From a virus: DNA of 44,346 bases. The notes under the pieces are model-generated. The model saw only the letters and a program-made list of their open reading frames with translations, was not told the origin of the DNA and did no database searches. Positions 23,536-32,158 of this stretch are shown here, piece by piece (positions within the stretch are counted from its first letter, which is position 1; every line of letters starts with the position of its first letter). Made by a program: the position numbers and the translations under genes. The stretch lies in UHGV virus genome UHGV-0027446. One strand, given 5' to 3'.

Positions 23536-23782
23536 ACAACTCAAGAAGAACAACAAAGACCTTAAGAAGGCGCTTGATAAGATTAACGGTAAATACTCAA
23601 AAGCAACTCAGGAACTGACCGCTGCGAAACTTGAGATTGAACACTTAACGCGTGTTCGCGATATTCTGGAGAACGCAGAAACTTTGCGTAGCCAGTGGGC
23701 GTTGACAAATACGACAGTATCGATTCTGATTGGAGTAGCGGTCGGGATGTTAGTTATGTGGGGTGTTGGGTATGTTCAATGA
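23522..23782 (+). CDS. coiled-coil protein with C-terminal transmembrane anchor
   Basis: N-terminal heptad-like region, C-terminal VSILIGVAVGMLVMWGVGYV. Confidence 0.45.
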   Translation: MEQIEQLKKNNKDLKKALDKINGKYSKATQELTAAKLEIEHLTRVRDILENAETLRSQWALTNTTVSILIGVAVGMLVMWGVGYVQ

Positions 23783-23942
23783 CATAGACGCAGCAATCGA
23801 AGAAGCAATCTGGCGACGTTACAATGGCGAGCAGCAACGGCACTTCTGCCTCGTGCAACGCGGCAACATGGTGGCTGTGGTGCAGGACCGGGATAACAAA
23901 TACCCGAATGCGATGTGGACAACGAGGAATTTCTTAGGATGA
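23772..23942 (+). CDS. small hypothetical protein (56 aa)
   Basis: Hand-translated MFNDIDAAIEEAIWRRYNGEQQRHF...; ATGA coupled to next gene. Confidence 0.3.
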   Translation: MFNDIDAAIEEAIWRRYNGEQQRHFCLVQRGNMVAVVQDRDNKYPNAMWTTRNFLG

Positions 23943-24175
23943 TTACCAGCATTCCGAACCTGATTAAAGAATTCGGCACGATGGCGGAGACATGCCGACA
24001 AACCGGCATCAATGAAATGACCATCGCCAAGTACAGCAAAGACGTTGATTGCGAGCGTCACGTAATTTATAACAACCGTCTGATGACGCACGTTAAGACA
24101 AGTCCGGTGTTATTCACGCGCCGCGGTATCACTAAAACTGAGCAACGTATCGCACGAGGGGAGAGCAGGGAATGA
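23939..24175 (+). CDS. hypothetical protein (possible DNA-binding)
   Basis: Internal ATG of track ORF 23915..24175. Confidence 0.4.
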   Translation: MITSIPNLIKEFGTMAETCRQTGINEMTIAKYSKDVDCERHVIYNNRLMTHVKTSPVLFTRRGITKTEQRIARGESRE

Positions 24176-24247
24176 TTGACGTCTGAATAGCCCGCTAGTA
24201 TAGTTAAAACGCTTCATACACTAATTTAACGAACAGAGAGAGCAAAC

Positions 24248-24478
24248 ATGGGTACTAAATTTGAAGTAATCGACGAAAACACAGTTACGGTAACGGAAGA
24301 AGGTAGCCACTACATCCTTATTGATAAGGTAAACGGTAGCTGGAGAGCAAAAGCGTACTTTAACGGCGGCGCTACAGTCGTATCAAAAGGAGCGCATGCG
24401 TCTTTTACTTCCGCGTACGACAACCTTAAAGATGCGGTTAAAGCCGCAGCCAGTCATCTGGCATCCGTAGAGCTGTAA
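24248..24478 (+). CDS. hypothetical protein
   Basis: ATG after AGAGAGAG; followed by terminator. Confidence 0.45.
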   Translation: MGTKFEVIDENTVTVTEEGSHYILIDKVNGSWRAKAYFNGGATVVSKGAHASFTSAYDNLKDAVKAAASHLASVEL

Positions 24479-24493
24479 AATAACCAACCCACA

Positions 24494-24518
24494 AGCCCTC
24501 TACGGAGGGCTTTTCTGT
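24494..24518 (+). terminator. rho-independent terminator
   Basis: AGCCCTC-TACG-GAGGGCT followed by TTTTCT. Confidence 0.55.
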
Positions 24519-24610
24519 ACATCCCGCCCAATCACCTTATATAATCCCTTTAGACGCGTAGGGCGCGTCTGGTGCGCTCTGATGGTCAGACGCATACGCA
24601 AGGGGATTCT

Positions 24611-25123
24611 ATGAAGCTGAAACTCAAGCAGCCATCACCAGAGGTGGTGCAAGCTGCACATGAAGAAGCTGTTAGCGCAAACCGTCGCCGTAAACGGCCG
24701 CGCGGAAAACAGAGCCTTTATCAATCGTCCCGTAATTCTGCCGCGTTGTGGGACCCGGACTATTGCGACGAATTGATTCGATTCTTCGACCGCACGTCGT
24801 GGAAGCTTGTGCCTACGTCTAAGGGTGATGAACGCCCGCTGATTCAGGATAAACCGCCGTCTCTCGCCCGCTTCGCCCTGCACATCGGCGTCACTATCCC
24901 AATTATTAAGCTGTGGCTGCGCGAGATTCCTGCATTTGCCGAAGCCTGGGAAACAGCACAGGCGCTGGAAGAGGCGTATTTCACTGAGACAGGGGCCGCG
25001 GGTATCTCTGCTACGTTTGCTGCCGCTAAGCTGGGCCTGAATAAGAAAGAAGAATCGACTGGCGAGGGTTCTGAACCTATCGAGATTCGTTTCGTTAAGG
25101 CTGTTAAACCGGGGGGCGAGTAA
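24611..25123 (+). CDS. terminase small subunit
   Basis: Immediately upstream of and overlapping terminase large subunit; basic N-terminus and HTH-like LARFALHIGVTIPIIKLWL. Confidence 0.55.
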   Translation: MKLKLKQPSPEVVQAAHEEAVSANRRRKRPRGKQSLYQSSRNSAALWDPDYCDELIRFFDRTSWKLVPTSKGDERPLIQDKPPSLARFALHIGVTIPIIKLWLREIPAFAEAWETAQALEEAYFTETGAAGISATFAAAKLGLNKKEESTGEGSEPIEIRFVKAVKPGGE

Positions 25124-26358
25124 TGGATATTCCATTAACAGAACCCCAACAGGACTTTGTATTCAGTACAAAGACACATCCAGCTATTGTCGCTGGACTG
25201 GGGGCAGGTAAGTCCCGCGCGGCAACGATGCGCCTTTTGTATCTTATGTTGCGCGAGCGCGGGATAAACACCCTGTACACCATGCCTACGTATGACCTGT
25301 TGAAGCTGCGCGCCATCCCTGGGGTGGTTGATGACCTGAATATGATGGGGCTTAAGTATGACCTCAACAAATCGGAATACAGTATCCACGTTAAGGGGTA
25401 CGGCACTATGTTTTTCCGGTCATACGACAACCCGAACCGTCTAATCGCTTTTGAAGTGGCGCATTCTGTCGCAGACGAACTTGACGTGCTTACTAAAGAA
25501 CAGGCATCTCTGGTGTGGCGTAAGATTTCAGAGCGTACCCGACAACCATGTAGGGGTGGGAACAGTATTGCCGCCGTGACTACACCTGACCAGGGATTCT
25601 CTGGATTTGTGTACGACTATTGGGTTACTAACGCCGACAGTTCTACGGAACTGATTAAGGCATCTACATTGTCGAACCCATATTTACCTGAAGGCTACGT
25701 CGAGCAGATACGAAGGAACTACGACGCGGCTTTGGCCGATATGTATATCCACGGTGAATTTGTCAGTTTGACGGCCAATAAGGTGTATCACTATTTCAAG
25801 CGAAGCACACATGACTCCGCCCGCACCTTGCAGAACGGAGACGCTCTGCATATAGGGCTGGACTTTAACATCGGCGGCTGTTGCGCCACCGTGAGCGTTA
25901 TCGAAGACGGCAACCCGACGGTTGTTGATGAGTTTGTCAGTCATAATACCGACGATTTCGTCAATAACGTCAGGATACGGTACCCGGGCCATACGGTTAC
26001 GGTTTACCCCGACGCCTCAGGCCGCTCAGGCCACACTAACGCATCATTATCCGACATAGGTATCATCGAAAAGGCCGGCTTACGTGTTAACGCTCCAAGT
26101 AAGAACCCATTCGTTAAAGACAGAATAAACGCGGTTAACGCGCTTTTGTCACATAGCCGTTTGAGGGTTAACACTTCAAAATGCCCTAAATTAACGCAGT
26201 CACTGGAAACGCAGGGGTATAACGATAATGGCGAACCGGAGAAGTTTAAAACTCACCCGGCTATTGACGACTGGAACGACAGTTTAGGTTATTGTATGCA
26301 CAGGTTGTTCCCTGTTGTCCGCCCTGTTATCAACACTCCTGTCAGATTCGCACTTTAA
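25123..26358 (+). CDS. terminase large subunit
   Basis: Walker A GLGAGKS, Walker B VADELD, C-terminal nuclease-type acidic motifs (GLDFN...). Confidence 0.8.
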   Translation: MDIPLTEPQQDFVFSTKTHPAIVAGLGAGKSRAATMRLLYLMLRERGINTLYTMPTYDLLKLRAIPGVVDDLNMMGLKYDLNKSEYSIHVKGYGTMFFRSYDNPNRLIAFEVAHSVADELDVLTKEQASLVWRKISERTRQPCRGGNSIAAVTTPDQGFSGFVYDYWVTNADSSTELIKASTLSNPYLPEGYVEQIRRNYDAALADMYIHGEFVSLTANKVYHYFKRSTHDSARTLQNGDALHIGLDFNIGGCCATVSVIEDGNPTVVDEFVSHNTDDFVNNVRIRYPGHTVTVYPDASGRSGHTNASLSDIGIIEKAGLRVNAPSKNPFVKDRINAVNALLSHSRLRVNTSKCPKLTQSLETQGYNDNGEPEKFKTHPAIDDWNDSLGYCMHRLFPVVRPVINTPVRFAL

Positions 26359-26370
26359 GAGGATTATTCA

Positions 26371-27840
26371 ATGTTAACTATGAACGGTCAGAATCAGGGT
26401 GTTAAGATAAAACACCGGGAATGGCTGCACCACTTCGATAAATGGCAGAAGGTACGCCACGCACTGGAAGGTGACCTTATTCGCTATCTTCGCAATGTGG
26501 GGAAGAATGAGCCTGACCCGACCTACGCGGCACAGCGCCAGGAAGAATACGAGAACGGCGCTATCTGCTACAACTTCACTAAACGTACCCTGGCGGGGAT
26601 GGTTGGGTCGGTAATGCGTAAAGACCCTGAGCAGATTATCCCGCCTGAACTGGAGTACCTGTTACGTAACGCCGACGGTTCCGGTGTCGGCCTGTGGCAG
26701 CACGCGCAGGACACTCTTATGGAGATTGACTCGGTAGGCCGTGGTGGGTTGCTGGTGGACGCCCCGGAGACAGCCGCGGCAACGGCAGCCGAACAGAACG
26801 CAGGGTTATTAAACCCGGTCATCGCATTCTATACCGCAGAGAACATCATCAACTGGCGACTGACTCGCGTCGGTTCTGTTAACCGCGTGACAATGGTTGT
26901 ACTACGTGAGGTATGGGAGTACTCAGAACCTGGTGCAGAGTTCGAAACAAAATTCGGCGAGCAATACCGCGTTCTCGATTTGATTGACGGGCGCTATCGC
27001 CAGCGCATTTACCGCTTCGATGCCGAAGGTGGCGCACATGGCGACGTAAAAGAAATCTTCCCGGAACTTGGCGGACAGTTGCGCGGCAAAATCCCGTTCA
27101 CGTTCATTGGGGCAAGCAACAACGACGCAACCATTGACGACGCGCCTTTGCTGCCGTTGGCTGAACTTAATATCGGGCATTTCCGCAACAGCGCGGACAA
27201 TGAGGAATCCAGCTTCGTTGTGGGCCAGCCCACTCTGTTCATCGCCCCTGGTGAGAACATGAACACGGAACAGTGGAAAGAAGCCAACCCCCACGGCGTG
27301 CGCATGGGGTCGCGTTCAGGTCACAACATCGGCTACGGCGGCAATGCGTTTCTTGTCCAGGCGGGTGAGAACAACCTCGCCAAACAGAACATGCTGGATA
27401 AAGAGAACCAGGCCATTCAGATTGGCGCGCAGCTTATCACCCCGACGCAGCAAATCACCGCGGAGTCAGCCCGCCTGCAACGTGGTGCTGATACTTCAGT
27501 TATGGCGACAATCGCGCGTAACGTAAGCATGGCGTATACCGATGCGTTGCGTTGGGTTGCGGGTATGCTCGGACTTAGTGACGGTACTGAAATTGAGTTC
27601 AAACTGAACATGGAGTTCTTCCTGCAACCGATGACCGCTCAGGACCGTGCTCAGTGGATGGCAGACATTAACGCAGGTTTGCTACCCGCCACTGCTTACT
27701 ATGCCGCGTTGCGTAAGGCTGGTGTAACCGACTGGACAGACGAGGATATTCAGAACGCTATCGAGGACGCGCCGCTGCCGTTAGGTGCAAATACTCAGGT
27801 AGCGGGGGAGATTCCGCAGTCGGCGCAGCAACAGGAGTAA
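26371..27840 (+). CDS. portal protein
   Basis: 489-codon ORF directly after terminase large subunit; assignment by size and position. Confidence 0.6.
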   Translation: MLTMNGQNQGVKIKHREWLHHFDKWQKVRHALEGDLIRYLRNVGKNEPDPTYAAQRQEEYENGAICYNFTKRTLAGMVGSVMRKDPEQIIPPELEYLLRNADGSGVGLWQHAQDTLMEIDSVGRGGLLVDAPETAAATAAEQNAGLLNPVIAFYTAENIINWRLTRVGSVNRVTMVVLREVWEYSEPGAEFETKFGEQYRVLDLIDGRYRQRIYRFDAEGGAHGDVKEIFPELGGQLRGKIPFTFIGASNNDATIDDAPLLPLAELNIGHFRNSADNEESSFVVGQPTLFIAPGENMNTEQWKEANPHGVRMGSRSGHNIGYGGNAFLVQAGENNLAKQNMLDKENQAIQIGAQLITPTQQITAESARLQRGADTSVMATIARNVSMAYTDALRWVAGMLGLSDGTEIEFKLNMEFFLQPMTAQDRAQWMADINAGLLPATAYYAALRKAGVTDWTDEDIQNAIEDAPLPLGANTQVAGEIPQSAQQQE

Positions 27841-27843
27841 ATA

Positions 27844-27867
27844 TTAAGGCCCCGATAGGGGCCTTAA
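27844..27867. terminator. bidirectional terminator (TTAAGGCCCC-GATA-GGGGCCTTAA)
   Basis: Perfect 10-bp stem between convergent portal and nuclease genes. Confidence 0.6.
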
Positions 27868-27869
27868 TC

Positions 27870-29285
27870 TCACTTATTCCACACCAATTTCTCTTGTCCG
27901 CTATCCCATATGCGGGATACACCTTCCTCGGCGTACCATTCCGACTGAGTGAGACCCTCTGGCGCTTTGTTCCATTTTTGCCGTGATTCTGTTTTAGTCG
28001 CATTGTTTACGACGATACGGAAGCCGCATCTCACAGAAGCCTTTTTAAACCCCGCTGATAAGTATGCTTCTCCGGTAAATAAATCCCGGTCAGTGTAGGT
28101 AAAACCGTCGGTGATGCTATAACGGCGTACTGCGTAAGTCCATAGCTTTGACAGCCCTCCGACCACCGAACATGACGTAGCGTACCGCACAAGTTCCCAT
28201 TCGCCTTTTCTACACGTCAGCGTCATTACCGCGACAATCTTCTCTTCATACACAAGGCTGATATACTTCGTCGAGTTACGGAATCCTTGTATGTGGTTCT
28301 CCTCCAGAAAATATTCTGCGCGCAGTTTGTTAATCTCTTTTACATGGCATTTGCGGGCGAAAACGCGCAAAGAAGAGACGCCAACGGAATGGCTGATTAT
28401 TTTCTTTATTATTTCTTTTTTATGCAGCCATAGCTCGTCCCTTATTGACAGGAGTCGGAACCCTCTTGCCTCAACGGCAACTCTTTTCTCCATGTGATAC
28501 TTTCTCCCCTTCCCGGCAGCTTCGCTGTGCCAGTACAGGCCGTTTATTTCTATAGCCAGATTATGTTGTGGTATTAAAATATCTATCTCTCTTGGGTGGA
28601 TAAGACTTCTATCATTCCGACGATATTCCACCCCCATGCTGTCGAGAAATTCACAGACTTCATCCTCCACTTTACTACGCCCAAACGACGCACACCGCGG
28701 GCACCCTCTACCCTGAAAGATGTTACCAAGCGTAGCGGCCCATTCATGGCCTTTTTGACACCTCAGTGCCGACGGCATACGGCAGATATCCCCTGAATAA
28801 GACACCAGTTCAAAACCAGTGCCGCGTAACCTTTCCTCTATTTCGCCGATCTCAAGCCTTTTTCTGTTAGTGCTGCAATTCGGGCAATGACTTTTACCCC
28901 TTAAAACGTCGCTGCCGGTAGCGGACCAGACGAACCCGCATTTACATCTGAACGTTGATTTCCCACTGACAGCACCCGCGTAGCGAACACATTCAACCCC
29001 ATTAGGCCACTCTGCTACTTTCGCCCGTTTTTCCTCCGCATAGCATTGCGGGCAACCATGACCGTTCAGGACGGTATTAGCCTTTGTATCCCACACATGC
29101 CCCCTACGGCAGCGGAATTTAGACTTAAGTTTAGAGTGACCCGCATACTCAATTACGACTATCCCCCGTGATTCTAGTCTCAGGTTTATATCTTCTTCGG
29201 TTAAACGTCTGGACCCCATTAAAATATCCTCCACTTCTTCTTCTAGTATAAAGATTGCGCATATACATGTATCACAGCAAGACAT
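27870..29285 (-). CDS. multi-domain nuclease-like protein: three zinc-ribbon repeats + Vsr/PD-(D/E)XK-like core + C-terminal domain (homing-endonuclease-like)
   Basis: Three repeats of F(R/K)C..GH.W......(L/F).G.GCP.C; REIDILIPQHNLAIEINGLYWHS...ARGFRLLSIRD; alternative start at internal ATG 29219 after GGAGGA. Confidence 0.55.
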   Translation of the reverse strand: MSCCDTCICAIFILEEEVEDILMGSRRLTEEDINLRLESRGIVVIEYAGHSKLKSKFRCRRGHVWDTKANTVLNGHGCPQCYAEEKRAKVAEWPNGVECVRYAGAVSGKSTFRCKCGFVWSATGSDVLRGKSHCPNCSTNRKRLEIGEIEERLRGTGFELVSYSGDICRMPSALRCQKGHEWAATLGNIFQGRGCPRCASFGRSKVEDEVCEFLDSMGVEYRRNDRSLIHPREIDILIPQHNLAIEINGLYWHSEAAGKGRKYHMEKRVAVEARGFRLLSIRDELWLHKKEIIKKIISHSVGVSSLRVFARKCHVKEINKLRAEYFLEENHIQGFRNSTKYISLVYEEKIVAVMTLTCRKGEWELVRYATSCSVVGGLSKLWTYAVRRYSITDGFTYTDRDLFTGEAYLSAGFKKASVRCGFRIVVNNATKTESRQKWNKAPEGLTQSEWYAEEGVSRIWDSGQEKLVWNK

Positions 29286-29356
29286 CGCACCGCAATAAAA
29301 AAAATCCCTGAAATATTATTTCTATGCGTTACACTGTCGATACTACAGGAGGGCTT

Positions 29357-30400
29357 ATGAGCTTACTTACATCCCTAATCAGCCACCAGATATGGCTGCA
29401 ACGCACCGCATCCGGCGAAGTGAAAGACCTCGCACCGTTCATTAAGGAAATGCGGGACGAAATCAAACGGCAGGTGCTGCTATTCGGTGACGACGGTCGC
29501 AGCACTGCGCGGCTGAATAAACTGTTACACGACCTTGAAGAAGCACTAACCGGACTTACAGGTGACTGGCAAACAAAGCTAACAGAAGACCTTAAGGAAC
29601 TGGCGGCATATGAGGCTGAGTGGAACGTAAAGACACTGACGGCTAACGTTAACGCTGAATTTGTTACGCCTACCGCCGAACAGGTGTGGGCCGCTGCCGA
29701 GTTTCAGCCCTTATCGTTAAGCGACAAGCCCGTCGATTTCACTAAGCTGATGGATGGCTGGGGTGAAACAGAAGTATCGCGCCTGGTAACCGGCGTTAAG
29801 ATGGGTTTTGTGCAAGGCCAGACAACACGGCAGATTGTTAAGAATGTCGTAGGCGCTGGCGGACTGGCAGACATCTCTGAGCGCAACGCCGCTGCGGTAA
29901 TCCGCACCGCGCTGTCCCATGTATCCAACGAAGCTCGTAACGAGACGTACCGCCAGAACGACGACATCATCGAGAAATACGAATGGGTGTCAACTCTGGA
30001 CAGCCGTACCAGCACGATTTGCAGGGCCAGAGACGGAATGACGTGGGAAATTGGTAAAGGGCCGATGCCCCCCGCCCATCCGAATTGCCGGTCGTGCACG
30101 GCTCCGGTAATTAGTTCCGAGTTCGACTTCCTTGATAAAGGCGCAAAACGCGCGGCTAAGGGTGCAGATGGCGGTACTCAGGTAAGCGCAGACACAACCT
30201 ATTACGAGTTCCTTAAACAACAGCCAGCGTGGTTTCAGGACCAGGCGCTCGGCCCAGTTCGCGGTAAGATTTTCCGTAACAGCGGTATATCGCTGGAAGA
30301 GTTTCGCGTAATATCTGTAGATGGTTTCGGGAATCCGCTCACGCTTAAGCAGATGGCGGAACTCGATAAACGTGTTGCTGATTATCTGAAAGGGGAATAA
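29357..30400 (+). CDS. head morphogenesis protein (SPP1 gp7 / Mu F-like minor head protein)
   Basis: LDSRTSTICRARDGMTW...HPNCRSC signature; AGGAGGG SD before internal ATG of track ORF. Confidence 0.75.
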   Translation: MSLLTSLISHQIWLQRTASGEVKDLAPFIKEMRDEIKRQVLLFGDDGRSTARLNKLLHDLEEALTGLTGDWQTKLTEDLKELAAYEAEWNVKTLTANVNAEFVTPTAEQVWAAAEFQPLSLSDKPVDFTKLMDGWGETEVSRLVTGVKMGFVQGQTTRQIVKNVVGAGGLADISERNAAAVIRTALSHVSNEARNETYRQNDDIIEKYEWVSTLDSRTSTICRARDGMTWEIGKGPMPPAHPNCRSCTAPVISSEFDFLDKGAKRAAKGADGGTQVSADTTYYEFLKQQPAWFQDQALGPVRGKIFRNSGISLEEFRVISVDGFGNPLTLKQMAELDKRVADYLKGE

Positions 30401-30861
30401 TGATGGGCTTTTTCAAAGTAACTGACGTACCGTCGCGTCGCGTAGTCCAGTACGCCCGTGTGTCTGGCTCCGGTGAGAACGTGGTGTTTATTGAAGATGA
30501 AAGTGTGCTAGGTACACCGGTAGACGACATGCCGTTTGCTGACAAGACTGGTATTGCGCTCCCCGCGGCGGGTATGCTTTATGAGATTCCGTATCTGGCT
30601 GACGCTGGTGATGTGTATTTCTCTGTGCAACCGAAAGACACGGAACTGACAGACGGCAGCGCAACTATCGCTGTCGAGGTTAAGGCAGGCAAAGCGCCGT
30701 ATGTGCTGACCTGGTACAAAGACGGGAAGGAAGTGGTAAACGCGCCGGAAGAGGCTTTGTCTCTGACGGTTAACGCTGCAGGTGAATACTTCGTTAAAGT
30801 CACCGATGCCGATGGGGTAGAGGCAGTAAGCAAAGCGGCGAAGGTTACCAAGCCAGAATGA
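30400..30861 (+). CDS. hypothetical structural protein with Ig-like C-terminal segment
   Basis: YVLTWYKDGKEV...GEYFVKVTDADG resembles Ig-like fold motif. Confidence 0.4.
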   Translation: MMGFFKVTDVPSRRVVQYARVSGSGENVVFIEDESVLGTPVDDMPFADKTGIALPAAGMLYEIPYLADAGDVYFSVQPKDTELTDGSATIAVEVKAGKAPYVLTWYKDGKEVVNAPEEALSLTVNAAGEYFVKVTDADGVEAVSKAAKVTKPE

Positions 30862-30865
30862 TAAA

Positions 30866-30892
30866 AGGCCCCTTACGGGGCCTTAGTTTTAT
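30866..30892. terminator. bidirectional terminator (AAGGCCCC-TTAC-GGGGCCTT + T-run)
   Basis: Between convergent genes 30400..30861 and 30889..31203. Confidence 0.55.
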
Positions 30893-31203
30893 TTCTTTCC
30901 TAATGCTTTCTTGATTGCTCTGTCGGCCAGACTTAACGGATGGTCTTTATGGCAATTGTCAGAAGATACTACACAAACATCCTCAACGTAATCGCGAAGC
31001 TGGCGAAGAGCTTCAAGTAACTCTGGTGCCGAGGCGATAAGTTCGGCGTCGTGTTTATCATTAATTTCTTCTGCAACTGGAGTTCGGATAGTACAGCCGT
31101 ACATTTTCTTTAATGAGCCTTTCTGAAACACAAACCACTCCTGCTCGCCTTTTTCTTTCTTGAACTCCCACGGACCTTTCGTGCCTTTAAATTCATCTTT
31201 CAC
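30889..31203 (-). CDS. hypothetical protein (opposite-strand insertion)
   Basis: GTG start after GAGGAGGG SD, driven by family-B promoter; GPWEF...LIASAPELLEAL motif. Confidence 0.45.
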   Translation of the reverse strand: MKDEFKGTKGPWEFKKEKGEQEWFVFQKGSLKKMYGCTIRTPVAEEINDKHDAELIASAPELLEALRQLRDYVEDVCVVSSDNCHKDHPLSLADRAIKKALGKK

Positions 31204-31232
31204 TTTATACCCTCCTCGTTTCGATGTAATGA

Positions 31233-31261
31233 ATAGTACCCTATTATGCTGGGGTGTGCAA
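31233..31261 (-). promoter_or_regulatory. sigma70-type promoter, family B (TTGCAC-N17-TACTAT)
   Basis: Minus-strand TTGCAC accccagcataataggg TACTAT. Confidence 0.5.
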
Positions 31262-31327
31262 ACTATTTATTAGCCTATTCCAGTTATTCCGCTCAATTGT
31301 AAATGTTGGAATAAACTATTCGAATAG

Positions 31328-31356
31328 TTGACTTTTCACTGAAAATATGCTAAGCT
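31328..31356 (+). promoter_or_regulatory. extended -10 promoter of conserved element copy R2 (TTGACT-N14-TGcTAAGCT)
   Basis: Same architecture as 17974..18002; -35 overlaps 16-bp palindrome AACTATTCGAATAGTT. Confidence 0.45.
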
Positions 31357-31359
31357 CCA

Positions 31360-31563
31360 CCTGAGCTTGTGAAGTATGAACAAGCGACCGCGGCGCGGGC
31401 AGGTAACGGAGCGGGACGTAAGTCCTGAGTGTAGTTACGCTGACGCGTTCGGAAGGGCCATACTCTATTGCTTGTGTAAAAAGTAACTGGTTTACTGAAA
31501 TTGCGCCGTTTCTATGTTTAAATGATAAGTACTAGCGCCCCGCTTTAAGGCGGGGCTTTACTT
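31360..31563 (+). ncRNA. candidate conserved leader / small RNA, copy R2 (upstream of spanin genes)
   Basis: 38 nt identical to R1 at predicted TSS, ~70% identity beyond; ends in GCCCCGC-TTTAAG-GCGGGGC hairpin + TTTACTT. Confidence 0.3.
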
Positions 31564-31580
31564 ATCGAGAAAGGAGAAAC

Positions 31581-31967
31581 ATGAATCTTAAAGCAGCAAT
31601 CATAACCACGGCATGTTCCGCGTTTCTCGTTTTCGCTTACGGGAAATACAACTATCTTCAAGGATGGAACGAAGGCCGGGAGAATCTCGTTTCGCAGCAA
31701 CAGCAGAAAGCACAAGCCGAGCTAGCGAAGAAAACACAACGGCAGCAGCAGGACGAATCAAAGGCCGCAGCCGCTGACATCGAAGGCAAGACGAAATCAG
31801 AGGTTATCACCCGTGAAGTCGTTAAGTACATTAAAACGCCTGGTCGCAGCGTATGCACTTTCGATGATGCTCGCGTCCTGCTCAAGTCCCGCGCCGTCGC
31901 AAACGCCAATTACATCCCCGGATACGACGATGATGCAGCCGCCGTGCAAACTGGCCGCACCAAGTAG
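31581..31967 (+). CDS. i-spanin (Rz-like)
   Basis: N-terminal TM segment, Q/K/A-rich coiled-coil region; AAGGAG SD; overlapping embedded lipoprotein gene. Confidence 0.6.
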   Translation: MNLKAAIITTACSAFLVFAYGKYNYLQGWNEGRENLVSQQQQKAQAELAKKTQRQQQDESKAAAADIEGKTKSEVITREVVKYIKTPGRSVCTFDDARVLLKSRAVANANYIPGYDDDAAAVQTGRTK

Positions 31968-32076
31968 CGACGCTGACGAGGATTTAGCTATTGACGTTCG
32001 GAACGCCGAATGCGTACGGCAACTGAGACTGAAAGTGTTCATGTTGCAGGATTACGTGAGGAATATTCTGGAATAG
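31813..32076 (+). CDS. o-spanin (Rz1-like outer-membrane lipoprotein), overlapping Rz in another frame
   Basis: Signal peptide with lipobox LASC, Pro-rich mature region; starts inside Rz gene and extends past its stop. Confidence 0.55.
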   Translation: MKSLSTLKRLVAAYALSMMLASCSSPAPSQTPITSPDTTMMQPPCKLAAPSSDADEDLAIDVRNAECVRQLRLKVFMLQDYVRNILE

Positions 32077-32158
32077 TTGCCTTGCATGTTGGAATAATTT
32101 ATTCTTGACATGTAAATCCGGGTGGCCCGGATTCCAACGTCCAGGGGACATACTGACT

